Assembly: GCA_001938485.1 (NCBI GenBank)
Contig: MQRK01219643.1
Coordinates: 3,601-62,702 of the forward strand
Direction of reading: 5' to 3'
Source: Girardia tigrina
Lineage: Eukaryota
Length of the DNA: 59,102 nt
The notes beneath the pieces were generated by a model. The model was not told where the DNA came from and ran no database searches. It saw only the letters and a list, made by a program, of their open reading frames with translations. The position numbers and the translations under genes are program-made. Shown here in pieces: positions 26,501 to 41,500 of this stretch; position 1 is the first letter of the stretch; each line of letters begins with the position of its first letter.

Positions 26501-29500
26501 TATTTGTTTGGGCATTAAATCGAATACTTGCGTTATTTTCTCGACAAAAACTAATTTTTATAATAAAAATTTCAATTTTAACCGCTTAACAAACCACTTT
26601 TAAGTATAAATTGACCAAAATATTAAAAGATAAAAAATAACATTTTTTTCAATATTTATTTAACTTGTTTTTATATGATAAGTTATAAAACGTTCGTTGT
26701 AAAAACTATGGTAGTGGGTACTTTAGCATAAATTGTCAATCGTCTGGTTAATCAGTTAAACCCTTGAATCAAGAAATAAAACATCTTTTGACGTTGTAAT
26801 TTTGTTACATAATTCCGTAATTTTCGAGAAGGGTGTCAAATATTATAATAAAAGTCAGTGATTTTCGTAAATTTAGTTCAAGAATTTGAGTTCTAAAACG
26901 TGTTTAAACCCAAAAGTATTGGTTCGTACCAGAAAGAGTGAGGATGATGTTATATTTCTGTTTGTGATCTTTAAAGGCGGAAATTACTTGCGCAGTATAT
27001 AGTAACATATAAAGAGTAAAAATATGTAATAGTTAAAAAAATATTGACAGAAAATATTTATTGAATACTGGTTGATTTATTTGTCTGTATTATGGCGGAA
27101 AATCGAAAAAAAATTCGTTTCTATAGCGTCTCCTGTTATTCACTCAGCATAATGGGAAGTGAAATTTATCAGGAAATTATCTCTGTTCATGGTGCTGACA
27201 GTGTTGGAGAATCTACAATGTATCGATGGATAAGTGAATTTGACAATGTCAAGACTTCTTTTGCTTGGGAAAACTGCGGGAGAAAATCAACAAAAACAAC
27301 CCCTGAAAACATTCTGTTGGTCTCTGGAGTTATTAACGCCAATGGTGCAGTGACCATTGATGAAATTGAAGATGAGACATCCCTCAGCCATGGAACCATT
27401 TAGCGTATTGTGAGTGACCATTTGAGCTTTCGGTCTGTTGCCTGTAAGTGGGTTCCTCATGATCAAAAGGTTAATCGTGTCACTGCTGCAAAGGAATGGT
27501 TGAAAATTTTGAAAAGCAAACACCAACATGAACATATTGTGATGGTGGATGAGAAGTGGTTTTACATGAGAACTGTTGGCAAGAAAAGAAGCAACCGTTG
27601 CTGGGTCTCCCTTATGGTGATCACAGTGAACCCATTCATGTCGTGAAGCGTAGCCAGTTTGGCAGAAAAATCATGTCTGTCATCGCGGTATCCTTCACTG
27701 GAAAATATCATTGCGAACTGCTGCGGGAGAGAGAAAGCATGAATAGCGAGCGTTATGTCACTTTTCTTGTTAATATGGAGAAGAAGTTTAGTCGACATGT
27801 GTTTCCACTCAACTTGAGAAACATGATTTTCGTGCAAGACAACGCGAGGCCTCATGTTTCCTAAGTGACGTCCATGTTTCTCGCAAACAAGAATGCTACC
27901 TTGCTCCGTCAATCACCATATTCCCCTGATTATAACATCTTGGATCGCTTTATTCACCCTTACTTGGAAGATCAGCGACACAAAACCAATTTTCAATCTG
28001 AAGATGAGTTACATCAGAACTGAAAAATATTTTTGCTGATCGATGGTCATCTGAGATGGGAAAACTGATACAATGCCTTTCTAATGTTATAAAGAAGAAT
28101 GGTGATTATGAATGAATGTATTACACAGGGTTGTTTTTTTACATTGCTCGTTAAAAATGATATTGACATTTCAAAAGTCTCATTCTTTCTGGTATGAACT
28201 AATATAATCACGATTTTTATTGTTTTCAAATGGCAAAATGAGTTAAGTTGTTAATACGTAAAATAGTTCAGGTGTATTAAAGGAAAATCTAAGACCTAAG
28301 GTTCAAAGTAGTGCTTTCACGTTGTGAAAGTAGTGAAATCATGTTGACCTTTAAGAAAAATCAATTTGTCAATACATGTCACACATACCGCCATCGTTCC
28401 ATATATATAACAAATCACATCAATACATTTCAATCATTGAAAAAAACTGCTGATACTACCCAAATTCATATGTATTCGGACACGTAAAATAATTCTTATT
28501 AAAAATTTTAAATTATAAATAATATGTACTTATTTGTATTATAGATGAATTAATTTGATACTTTACGATAATCTAAATACAATTCTAAAATAATTTAAAG
28601 AAATCAAATAAAAAAGTTAACTAATAAAAATTTTATTCGCATTTAAAAATTTGCTCTCAAATTCAAAAGAATTCGGACACCTACTATTTAAAATCTTGTA
28701 ACATCACCCTTTGCTTTTATGACATCTTCCTTTCTTCTATTCATTGAATTGCATAAATCCTGACATTTATCAATCGGAAAGCTATTCCATATTGCTAAAA
28801 TTTTATTCTTCAAATCAATTTTATTTTTAGGACGTTTTTTTCGCAATTCCTTTTTCATAATTGCCCAAACATTCTCTATGTGATTTAAATCTGAGCTTCC
28901 TGAAGGCCATATTATTTTTCATCATTCAAGTTTTTGTAAATTTAGAAGTATGACAAGATTAAATGTATGACTTGTTGAAAAATGAAATCTCCATTGTCAA
29001 AATATTGCGTAATAGATGGGATGAGACTTTCCCTTTATATCTCGGTATACTTTGTAGAGTTCATTGTGCCCTCAATAAAGTGAAGACTGCCAAGTCTTTT
29101 GCTTGTCATACAACCCCAAATCATTACACTTTCTGGAAATTTCAGAGTTCGGTTTAAACAGTCCGATAATAATGAATCGGTACTAAGTCTTAAGACCGAT
29201 TTTCCATTTTCGCCCATAGACAATTCAAAACTAGATTCGTCTGAAAAACTAACTTTATTCCAATCATTTTGACTCCAATTTACTATGATTAAGAGCCCAT
29301 TCAAGTCTCTTTTTTCTTTTGAATAGGTGACAGAAACGGTTTGTTTTTATAGCCTTAAAGAAGTGTTAGGCAATGCTTATATTTCATTAAGAAAATCTTA
29401 CCTTGTAGAATGAATAATTTAATTCAAGTTTACAAGAAATGCCTGTTTGCATACTCATTTTCTCGTTGATTTCTTGAAAAGTAGCACGAGGATATTGAGG

Positions 29501-32500
29501 AATTAACCTCTTCAAACACCGGTTATCAGTAGCGGAAGTCAACTTTGGTCGTCCAGATTTCTTGGGCGATGAGTTATTCAGATGGTATTTAGCTTTTTTA
29601 ATGTTATTGAACACCGTCGATTTACTTATCTCTAAAATTTTTGAAATTTCCCTTACTGATTTTCCTTTAACATGCATGGCAAATATTTTCTCATGCATTT
29701 CCGTATGCATCGTTTTGCCACGAACCATATTTTAAAAATAACGAAAATTTAATCGACTGAAATATTTAAACAATAATAAGTACACGTGTTTTTACTAATA
29801 ATCTATATTGAATTTAAAATAATTCATTGCCTACATTTATATTATAATTTTTATTAAGTGTCCAAATTCTTTTGAATTGAAAAGCAGATGTCCGAATTCT
29901 TTTGAATTTGAGAACAAATTTTTAAATGCGAATAAAATTTTTATTAGTTAACTTTTTTATTTGATTTCTTCAAATTATTTTAGAATTGTATTTAGATTAT
30001 CGTAAAATATCAAATTAATTCATCTATAATACAAATAAGTACATATTATTTATGATTTAAAATTTTAATAAGAATTATTTTACGTGTCCGAATACATATG
30101 AATTTGGGTGGTATAGACAAAAACACAAAAATATTTTAATATGCCTATATTAAACTGACCGAAATAATATCAATTTAAAAAAACTGATTTGCTTTTATAT
30201 ATTTCACCATTAAGAGAATTAGAAACATGGAGGGGGTCGTAATAATAATCAATCCTCAAGTAGCAATAGAGACCCAATTTTTATCATTTGATTATAATTG
30301 ATTGCTACTTGAGGAATAATTATTATTTCTACATGAAACTTATTCAAAAATCGATTTATTTTAAAGTGCGCATCTAACTACATAATTTAATCTGATTATT
30401 TTATTACACATAACTGTTGAAATCGAGCAGGAATGCGTGGACTTGGGTATTATTTTTAGTTAATCCTTTAATTTGTCCATATCAAAAAATTCAAATTATT
30501 TAGTTGTTTTTTTTTAATTTTGAAAATTTGTCTTGCAATTTGTCTTGTTTGGTAAAATGTAAAAATCTCTTCGAAAGACCTTTCTATGTTCTTTTATTCT
30601 GTTATCATCATTTTTCTGAAAAAAACTTGCAATAATCTCCCGTCATTTATCAGAGTCACTCAAAAATTACATGATTGGGAAACTTAACGGAAAGCAGAAG
30701 AATAATCGTTTTTAAATTACTGTTCAGCATCTAACCCGCCATTGAATGTGTCAAAAAGCCAAAGTTGAAGAAAGATATTCATTCCAACAAAACAATGTCT
30801 CGTGGTATTGGAAAAACTTTATTTATTGGAAAATACTGGAAAGAAGCAAGACTGTTCATAAGAACCTCAACTGAGAAAATGCAAAGCCTCACATTGCGAA
30901 CAGCGTCAAAGTTATCCTTAAATAACTAAAATGGATTACCAACATTTGTGCTCGGTTTCTAGCAATCAATACAATCTCTAAATCAAGCTCAATAACTTTT
31001 TCATCATCAATGTCATTTTTTGGCTAAATTACATCACGAAATTGGTCGAGGTGAAAGCAGGTCGAGGTGAAAATGATTGATATTGTTATCATTTTTCCCT
31101 TCTTTTTATTAGCTTACTTTCTAGGTATATAGTTGTATCTATGTATCAATGGAATTTAGAAACCACTTTAGAAGTCCTTTTACTCAATCAATTTTCTCCA
31201 ATCTTTGCACACTTCTTCATTCCCGATGACAATAAATGCTTATGTAAAAATTTGATCAAAAAACTTTTTAAGGTCTCAGAATTGGAAAAAAACGGTTCCT
31301 TCAGAGTTCCTTAACAATATTAATTGAAAAGGATCTACTTATAAATTAAAAGTAGTTTATATTACGCAAAAAAGTATTAATAAATGTAATATTAATTTGC
31401 CTTTCTACAAAAGATAACAAAAAATTCTCAAGCCAAATAGAGTTCTACCAGCATAAAGAATGGATATAAAAAAATTTTTTTATTTACTAGTTTCTACTTT
31501 TAATAAAACTTAACTTAAACAAGTGGGGACCAATCGAAAAATTAATTAAAAACATAAATTCAATTTGTTATTAAAAGTAATAAAAATAATAAGTCATCAT
31601 CATACCAGAGTCTCATCATATTCCGACGGCATCTGTTGGGCGCATACGATCATTCTAACACTTGAGCCACCTTCGAAACTCGTTTTAAACAAATGAGTCA
31701 ATGCGTTGGCTCGATAATTAATATGGGGTTTTGAATTTCCTCCATTTTCCTTTTGTTTTTCTCGCAACATTTTCAGAATGGTTTGTAGATCCATCAGAGA
31801 GTTGTTTATATCACTCGCTTCCTTTAATTGGGCACCCGTTGTTCCAGTTCTTTTGGTGCGCTCACTGCCAGCAAGATCGACAAGCGCCAGCTGGTTAACC
31901 GTCACACCATCTCCACCCTGCCAACAAAGCCCGTTATTCGATTGTCCATCAAATAAATTCATTTATATTCTATACAATGAAGTCACAATCATCTCCTTTA
32001 TTTCCGTCCAGTCTCACTAATCTGATCAGAAACACGCAGTGACTTCGACTTGATTGATTATTTAAATTGGTTGCCGCAGTTTTCCTATGTTTCTGTCCTA
32101 AAATTAAAATCTTAAAAAGCCGGGTTTTATACGAGTTGAAAAAATATTCAAAATCTTGGTTTCATGAGTCCAATAATATTTTCAAAAAGTGATTATTGAA
32201 TTTAATTTTTTTAAAAAATATTTTGCTTAATAATAAAAATGCTGCATTTTATTAAAGAAACTTTTGATTTAAACAAATAATTTGGATTCACTAATAATCA
32301 GTCATGATTTGAAATCAGATTTTATGTACAAGCACAAGAAATAACAAATCATACTCAAAAATAAAATATAAGTGTGAGGAATATTTTAAATTTGGTTTGT
32401 TGAATTTTGTATGTTGAGTTTAGTATTTGGAAATGTGTTTCTCCCACTTAGATGGAAAATTGATATTTTGTATGTTCACGATGAATAATTATTCGAGTAT

Positions 32501-35500
32501 AATTTGCATTTTAAAGTACAGCATAAGATATTTAAAAAACTTTAAAACATCAAATCGTTTCAAATTTTAATATTAAAAATTAAAATAAAGTAAATAGCTT
32601 TTAACTAAGTTTTCAATTAAATAAATGTTATTTCTTTAAAAAAAACATTTTTAAAATAAAATTAATATGTAGATAAAATTATTACTAAAATTACAACATT
32701 TGAACTTTAAAATTAAAATCTGAAAATAATGAAAAATTTGTTCGAATAATTGTTTATTAAAAAACATTAACTAAAATTCATCAATTTAGAACGATGTCGA
32801 ATTACGAAAGGTTTGCTGAGAGTTGTCCAAAAGACAATTCTAATTGTATTGAAAATAAAAGTTCGAAAACTCATGTTGGTATTCTTAATAATCAGTTTAA
32901 TTAATAACAATTTAAATATAAAAAAATGATTTTTTAATAATCACAAGTAAAGACCGCAAAGATTCTCCAATGGGAAACGGCTGAGTGAGTTAATAAAAGA
33001 ATGATACAAACTTTTTTACCAGTTTAACCCATCAACTTTCTTTCAAGATTAACTTTGTACGATTACAGGAACAAAATTTCAAACGAAATTTCGAAAAGGA
33101 TGAAGGAGCAACACCAAATTTCAACCTCAGTATTTTAAATTTAAATTATTTTAATTAAAATGTATTTATTATAATTTTATAAAATTTTAAAGTAGAATTT
33201 TAAAATATATTTCTGCCTCGAAAGTTTTACTATAATGAACATAGAACATTTATAAATTAATTAAAATAGAAAATTCTTTAATGTTCTTATAACGTAATTG
33301 TATTTAAATATTTTTTTTAATTTAATCGAACAACTTAGGTGGAATCAAATCACATATCAATCATATCGAAGGTAGTAGTGTCTCAAAAATGAACTTAATA
33401 AACCCTTATTCACCCAAGATGAGAAACTATGCAATATTGAAGGGAAAGCATAGCTAGAATGGATTTTTGTTGTTAGGGTGCCTTGCAGTTGTTTCTTTTT
33501 ATTCTTGAGTATTTTTGGAGGTTCTGATTCAGATTTTATTTCTGAATCTGAATTGTTTTTTTTGAGATAGTGGTCGCATTTTTATACGTAATTTCCGAAT
33601 CAATGACATAGGTCATTTTGGTTATTATGAAGTTCTAGGAGAACTGGAGATCACAAGAGAAATATTATATAAGGCTATAATTGATTATTATATAATTGAT
33701 ATAATCGAAAGATATTTGTTTATTGTATTTTCTTATATCCAATATTCATTTATGTCGCATATCGATACAATTGTTTTTAAATGAAACTGACGATTAATAC
33801 AATTTTCAGTGAATATTTAGAATTAAATGAAACTAATTTGAATAACACATTAACTTCCTATTAAAAAAGGATTTAAATAATAGATTGTATCTGCTGATAT
33901 TTGGTATTACATATCTATCGTCATGTTATATTTTCTACAAAGATAATTCTTCAGAGAAATTCATATGCTAATAAAATATTGATATCACAGTCAAAATATA
34001 TCAGTCGCATTTTTGATTATGGTTAAATTTTAATTAATGGTTATTATAAAAGGAATCCATCAATATTTTTAGTTTTCATATTTTTCTCTAATATTTATGT
34101 TATTAAAACAATTTTAAATATTACTTTTATTATAAATTAAAAGCATTAATAACAATTACTGTTATTAAACAAACGTATCCTATGTATCGACGAGCGATCA
34201 AATATTAAGAAATTAAATCAGGAGAGGCTTAGAAAATAATACCTTCTAAATACCAATACAGAGCTTCTTCTGATTTTTGAACTTCAATTTGTTTCACATT
34301 GTGTAAATACTTGTTTTTATTCCGGTCTTCTTTGATAGTCACTTCGACTCTGGGATATATTCAGTCAGTAGTGGAATAAAGAACATTCTACAGCCATAAT
34401 CTTACCTGGGTTCATTTTGGAACAACAACAAATCTTTGATATTGTTTCCACAAATCTCCACCATGGATATAAACACGGTACAATTACTGACTTCTTCGAT
34501 TTCAAATGTCTCATCACATATTTGACTCATATAACTTTTACATTCGTGATTTCCGCTAAAGATGGAATTTAGATAACATTTTTATAACGATTTGATTTTT
34601 ATAATAATTTCAATCAATCAATTATGATCTAAATTGAATCAGAAAGATGTGAACTGAAGTAAAATAAAGCGATCATAAATAATAAGAAATTACAATTACA
34701 TAATAATAGATTATTTAACAAATCAGAATTTAAAAATATATAGTAATTTAGCAAAAAGAAGTTTCCTAACCGATATTAATTAGAAATAAATGTTTTGTTG
34801 CTGAAGGATTTTAAAAAGAGCTAACAACAATGCTTCAGTCGTGTATAAAGCTGTACATTCATTTCTTGTTATAAAAATTTGATGAGTAGAAGAAATTAAA
34901 AAGATATATAAATAATGTACATCTGGACACGGCGCCTCGGCTACAGAAGAAAGGTAGTTTTTATATATGCCTAATAGAGAACTGTCACAAACGTTAAGAA
35001 AAACTAATGGATAGTTCCAATGAATAAATGTTAAAGGTACTTCTAATAATTTGTAACTGCATGAAAAATATGATCGTAAATATTGATGTATTAGTTCATA
35101 CCAAAAAGAATGAGACTTTATAAAATACTAAAAAACTTATATAAAATTTAGTTGATAAATATTTTTAAAAAGATTACGAATTAATTTTTTAAATAAATTA
35201 TAATAAATTAAAAATGATATCGATATATTAAAATATTCTAATTTTAATATGCGCCAAATTATAACACAAAAAAATTCATAGAAGAAATGGTAGATTTTAT
35301 CGTTTAATTTCAGTAACAAAATTATTATAAACGTAAAATAGATTGTTTTACTTTTTTATTAAAAATAAATATTTTAGCAAATAACTGTTTTAGCGTATAA
35401 CCATCAGAATAAATCACAGAAATACTCACCTCCGTCTGGAATAAACGTATCGATTTTTCTCGATCATTGACAAAGAGTCCATTAAACTCAGGCTTTTAAA

Positions 35501-38500
35501 ACCGTTAAAACCGTCAGGTATTATTCGCTGAAATTATTATGCAAGGAGTCAGTACATGAGTGATTATTGGTATAAATTGGTTTTGGTTCCCGATAGATTT
35601 TTAACAATATATAGGAAAAACACACTTTTCAGGTAAGTATACCCAAATTTGTAATTTCTTTAGAATTAGGGTTTCAAACTCGAAAAAAACGACTTTTTCA
35701 TTTAATCTGGAAAATCTGATAGAGATCCCCAGCAGTGTTCCTTCTAAGCATTTTTCACTTGTGTGCACACGTTTTTTGTGTGTGCAATTTTTTTCAAAAT
35801 AAAAAATTGTGCGGCGATTTTTAAAAGTGTATATTAAAAAACGAAGAATCATATTTATATCCATCCAAATTTTCTATCTACTTATACGAATTGGATCAAT
35901 AATAAAAAATGTTAATGATTTTAAATTTTAATTTCAACAAAAAAAAAGAAAATTGAACTCTTTATCTATGGCGTAAAGGATTAATTCTTTGACATATTTC
36001 TCATCACTTATAAATACTTTGAAATCTATACCAATACAAAAATGCTTTAATTCATAGTATATTTTAAATATGAAATTGCATTTGATTCAATTTTTTATTT
36101 CATCTTTTATATGAATTTCATATACAGGAGCAGTGCAACTTTATTTTTTTCAAAAAATAATTTTGTGCGCGCAAAAATTTTTCATGTGCGTTATGTTTAA
36201 AATTTTGTGCACACGTACACGTGCACAACTTGAAGGGAACACTGATCCTTACCAATTATCACTAATAACTCTTAATCCATTAATGGTTACGTGACGCATT
36301 AAATGAAACGTAATTAAAAATTTTCATGATATGTTGCAAATGAATTCGAATTTATTCTGAGTTTCGTCGAAGTAAATCTAGCTGTTATTTCCAAGAAGCC
36401 TCCAAACAAAAAATTAATTTTTCAAAGAATTTTCAAGAATATTTATTTTGCTATTAAAATGTGTTGTTTGAAGCACCAATAGTGCCGACAAAATCACTAT
36501 GCAGCATTGGTTCCAGAAATGTCGTTCGGGAGATTTTTATATTAAAGATCCATCGCGAAACGGTCGACCAACAGTAAATGAGGATGACGAAATGAGAGCC
36601 GTGGTCGAATAAGATGTGACGAAAACTGAATTTTGTAAAACATGAAGCGTTCTGTCATACACTACAACTTCTTGGAAATGTGTCAGAATATTTTAGCACG
36701 GTCCTACTGTCTAGAAGTCGATGTTTGAGAATTTACGTAATTCTCCAAACTAGGATCTTCACCAATCAGAACAAGGAGCATTCGTCTAATTTATTGAATT
36801 TCGATCACCAACATTTTTCACTGATGGATTCAGTCGCCTTGTAAGTCACTGGCATAAATGTACTGATTTTAATGATGTTTATTTCGATTCAATTGAATAT
36901 ATATTATAAAAATTATGAGGTTTTTAAATTAACAAGGTAAAAGATGCAAAACTTTTGTCCAAACCACATATTATTCAATATTTTGAAAAGATACCGCTAT
37001 CAATTTTGGCCGAAATGAAACGGTATAATCAGGCTACCAAGAAAAAGAGTATAATTTCCAGGCTACACATTTATACATATTTTTGTCAAATATTTTATAA
37101 AAGCAAATAGATTGAGGTGATTGAATTTAAAAAAAAATGAAATGTTAGAATAAATGTAAAATAAAAGTTTAACTTTTAATTCATTTGACATAAAAAAATC
37201 AAAAATTCCTTTATATTCATTGAACTTAACTGTGGATTCATTACAATCAACTTCAAATTACTTAATGTTTTATCTTTTTAATATTATTTACTTAATAACT
37301 TTGGCATGTTGAAATGGCACATATATTGTTAAAAAATCTCTGGAACCCCAAACCAATGATACCCACAAATTGCATCGATCAATTTACATAGCGCCTGATG
37401 AATCTCAATCGGCGGAAGAGACACTTGATAGAGCGAGCCACGATACCCGGATTCGGGACTGTTCCCTGCATTGTATAGGTCTTGCCGCTACCAGTCACTC
37501 CGTATGCGAACAAAAGGCCTTCATTTACATTAAATTTATCTCTCTAAATCGTGTGCACTACCGTACCGGCCCAAATCGAAATAAAAATTTATTTAGGGTT
37601 ACATGTATGAAGATTTGTACCTAATCTAAATTTATATACAGTGGAAATTGCCAAATACGGCTTTTTTGATAAAATTAACAAAACACGAACTTTTGTTCCA
37701 AAATATATATATCATTTATTTGTTTTAACATAGTGAATAATGAATAAAATATCATTTAAATGACTGTAGATTAATTTACTAAAATTTCCAGTATTATTCA
37801 TTAGCAATTGAAAAAACAAATTTTAACATTCTTAAACAAAAATGTAGTCTGAATCAAAACGGTAGTCACCATATACATTTCAACCCATATTTTAATATAA
37901 TTCAAAAAATTAAAATTAGAAAATTGTAAAAATTTAAAATAAAATTGTGAAAATAAAAAAATATTAGGTTGGGGAAAAAGTAATCCATTATTTATCGATC
38001 AAACAATTTCAAATTTATGCTCTTTGTCAAGGTAACATTTCTCAGTAATTTCACAAAAAAAATTTTGCTTTTTTATTCAGTTCTGAGTTACAGGCTGTTA
38101 AAAATGGAAGTCAACAAAGAAAAAATTCGATACATTTTACAGTTTTTATTCGATAAAGGCGAAAATGCAAGCCAGGCGGCTGCTATTGTGAATGGTGTTT
38201 ATAGTGCCAATAACTGTAACAACTAATTACACGCAATTTTGGTTTCGTCGATTCCGTGGAGGCATTTTTGATGTTAAAGATGCACTTCGCACAGGCAGAC
38301 CTATCGTTGAAAATGTCGATAAAATCTCGGCAATGATCGAAGTTGACCGGCATGTTAGTAGTCGTAGCATCGCACAGGAGCTGAAGATCGACCACAAAAC
38401 GGTTTTAAACCATTTGGGCAAAGCAGGATTCAAAAGAAAACTTGATGTTTGGGTTTCACACCAATTAACATGATGGATCGAATTTCCATCTGCGAAGACT

Positions 38501-41500
38501 TGGCCAAATGAAATGAAATCGACTCATTTCTTAAACGGATGGTTACTGGGAATGAGAAATGGGTCACATACGACAATATTGTACGAAAACGATCGTTGTG
38601 AAAGCACGGTGAAGCAGCTCAAACGGTCGCCAAACCAGGACTAACGGCCAGGAAGGTTCTACTGTGTAATTGGTGGGACTGGAAAGGAATCATTTATTAT
38701 AAGTTACTTCCGTATGGCCAAACACTAAATTCAGATCTGTACTGTAAACAACTGGACCGTTTGAAGATAGCAATTGATGAGAAACGACCAGAATTGGCCA
38801 ACAGAAGAGGTGTTGTGTTCCATCACGACAACGCCAGACCACATACGCCTGTAGTGACTTGCCAGAAACTCAGGGAACTTGGTTGGGAAGTTTTAATGCA
38901 TCCACCATATATTTCGGACCTGGCACCAAGCGATTACCACATTTTTCTCGCATTACAAAATTTCCTGAGTGATAAGAAATTGGGATCACTAGAAGATTGT
39001 GAAAATCGATTACTACAGTTTTTCGTAGTAAATGTTAAATAAAGTTTTGAATTTCACGCCAAAATAATGGATTTCTTTTTCCCCAACCTAATATTTACAA
39101 AAAAAATTATTGTTTAAATTGTCTAACTTGTTAAAAAAGTGATTACTAATTTATAAACCAGGTAAAAAAAATTTAATGTGTTAAAGTAGTTTTCAAATTT
39201 TTAAAAGATTTTGTTTGGATACCATGCGATTATTTTAAGCTTCTTTAATTTTCATTTAATTTATGATTAATTTCTTAATTTAACAATCACAATAAATTAT
39301 TATTATGTTAACTTGTCCTAGGACATAACTTATCTACTCAGTTTATAAATTGCTGGTTTACTGTAGATTCGATGTGTATTGTATTTTATTTTTGAGAAAT
39401 AAATGATTTTCTATCATAGTCAATTAATGTGTTGTTAATTAATAGCATATATTTCCTCAACCACTACCATAGAACACGATGGCAAACCGTGCCATCGTTT
39501 ACCGTTCAACAGAGCCAAAAGTGACAAATTACAGTTGGCGTAAAATTAAAACATTTATAATTTCAATTTTATATAATTGACAATTTCCTTTACTTGGTTG
39601 TCGGGCACTTCAACCCATGACCTTTTTGCCATTTCAATACTGTATATTTTCAACGCTCAACCTTTTGCCAACTGATAAAAAAGAATAGGAATCTCTAAAA
39701 AAGACAATTCAGTAGACTTTACTGAGTAGAGGGAACCCCACAAAAGCATTAATTGTAATTAAATATTAATTGAGGAAATATATGTTATTAATTAACAACA
39801 CATTAATTTACTATGATAGAAAATCATTTATTTCTCAAAAATAAAATGCAATACACATCGAATCTACAGTAAACCAGCAATTTATAGACTGAGTAGATAA
39901 ATTATGTCCTAGGACAAGTTAACATAATAATAATAATTTATTGTGATTGTTAAATTAAGAAATTAATCATAAATTAATGAAAATAAAAGAAGCGGGTAAA
40001 CTACAGTACGCGCCCGAGCAAATATAAAGTATGACAATATATAAAAATTATCTGCATTCCAGGAAAAATAATTTTAAATTTTTAAAAATTTATATAAAAT
40101 GTTTTTTAAGTCACAAAATGTCAATGGAAAACATAAGTATTGATTATATAATCACTGGCTTCACTGACTTACTTTAGAAATTATTCGACTTACTTTAGGA
40201 AATATTTGTATCACGATTTCAGAATGAAATAAATGTTTAATAATTTGTTTCATATTTTTAGGCATGTTTAATATATTTTATGTATATTATTTTTTATATT
40301 TAAAATTGAATATTTTTTTTGGATTTTCTGTTTTTTTAATGATTTTTAATTAATTTTTCTATACAAAATAAGAAAAAAATATTAAATAGTTTTAAATAAT
40401 GAGAGAAAAAACAAATTTAATTAAAAAATATACAGAAAATAAGTCGGAGAAGGTAGTGATTATGTAACAAATCATTTGTATTTTTATATAAAATTAGATT
40501 ACTTAGAAAAAATTAAATATTTTTTTTAATTTTAAATTATTTTTCCTGGAATGCAGATAGTTTTTTTATATATTGTCCTATTTTTATATTTGCTCGGGCC
40601 CGTACGGTAGTATACCCAATTTTTTTTTACCTGAATTATAAATTAGTAATCACTTTGTTAGTTAGACAATTTAAACATTAAAATTTTTGTTAATATTTTT
40701 TTATTTTCACAATTTTATTTGAAATTTGTACAATTTTACTAATTTTAATTTTTGAATTATATTGAAAAATAATTTGAAAATATTTAATTAATTTTTAATC
40801 AAAGTATTTTAATTAATGAATTACAAAATACAAAAAAAAATATTTCTCCTAAACAAATTTTCTTTTCATAATCGTAAAAGTAAAATATACATTAAATTTT
40901 ATTAAAAAAAATTAATTAAAATAAATAAATATTTTTAAAATTGAATTTTCATTTCAAATTAAAAGTAGTTCAAAATCAAAAAATCATTTCAAAAAAAATG
41001 TATTTATAAATAAAAAGTATAAGTTAAATAATTTCGCGTACAAAATGTATTGTAATAAATTTATAATTTTTTTATATATAAAATTGAATATGTTTTTTGA
41101 ATTTTCTGTTTTTTAATTATTTTCAGATAATTTTTTATGCAAAATAAGAAAAAAATATTAAATAGTTTTAAATAATGAGAAAAACAAGTTTAATTAAAAA
41201 ATATACAGAAAATAAGTCGGAGAAGGTAGCGATTGAAAAACAAAAACTAAATTCTTATTTTAAAATTATTTCAATAATTTTAATTAAATAGAATATCCAG
41301 TTTTATTAACAAATGAACACATAATAATAATGATTGGAAAATAAAAATATATCTTTCAATTTTTTTAAAATTTATTATATATAAATTAACATGTATCAAA
41401 AAATACAAATGTAGATCCCAAACCGCAAAGCATAAAAATCCTGGTTTATTACGAATGGATTCTTGCTATTAATAAATGGACGCCGCAGTATCAGTGAATA

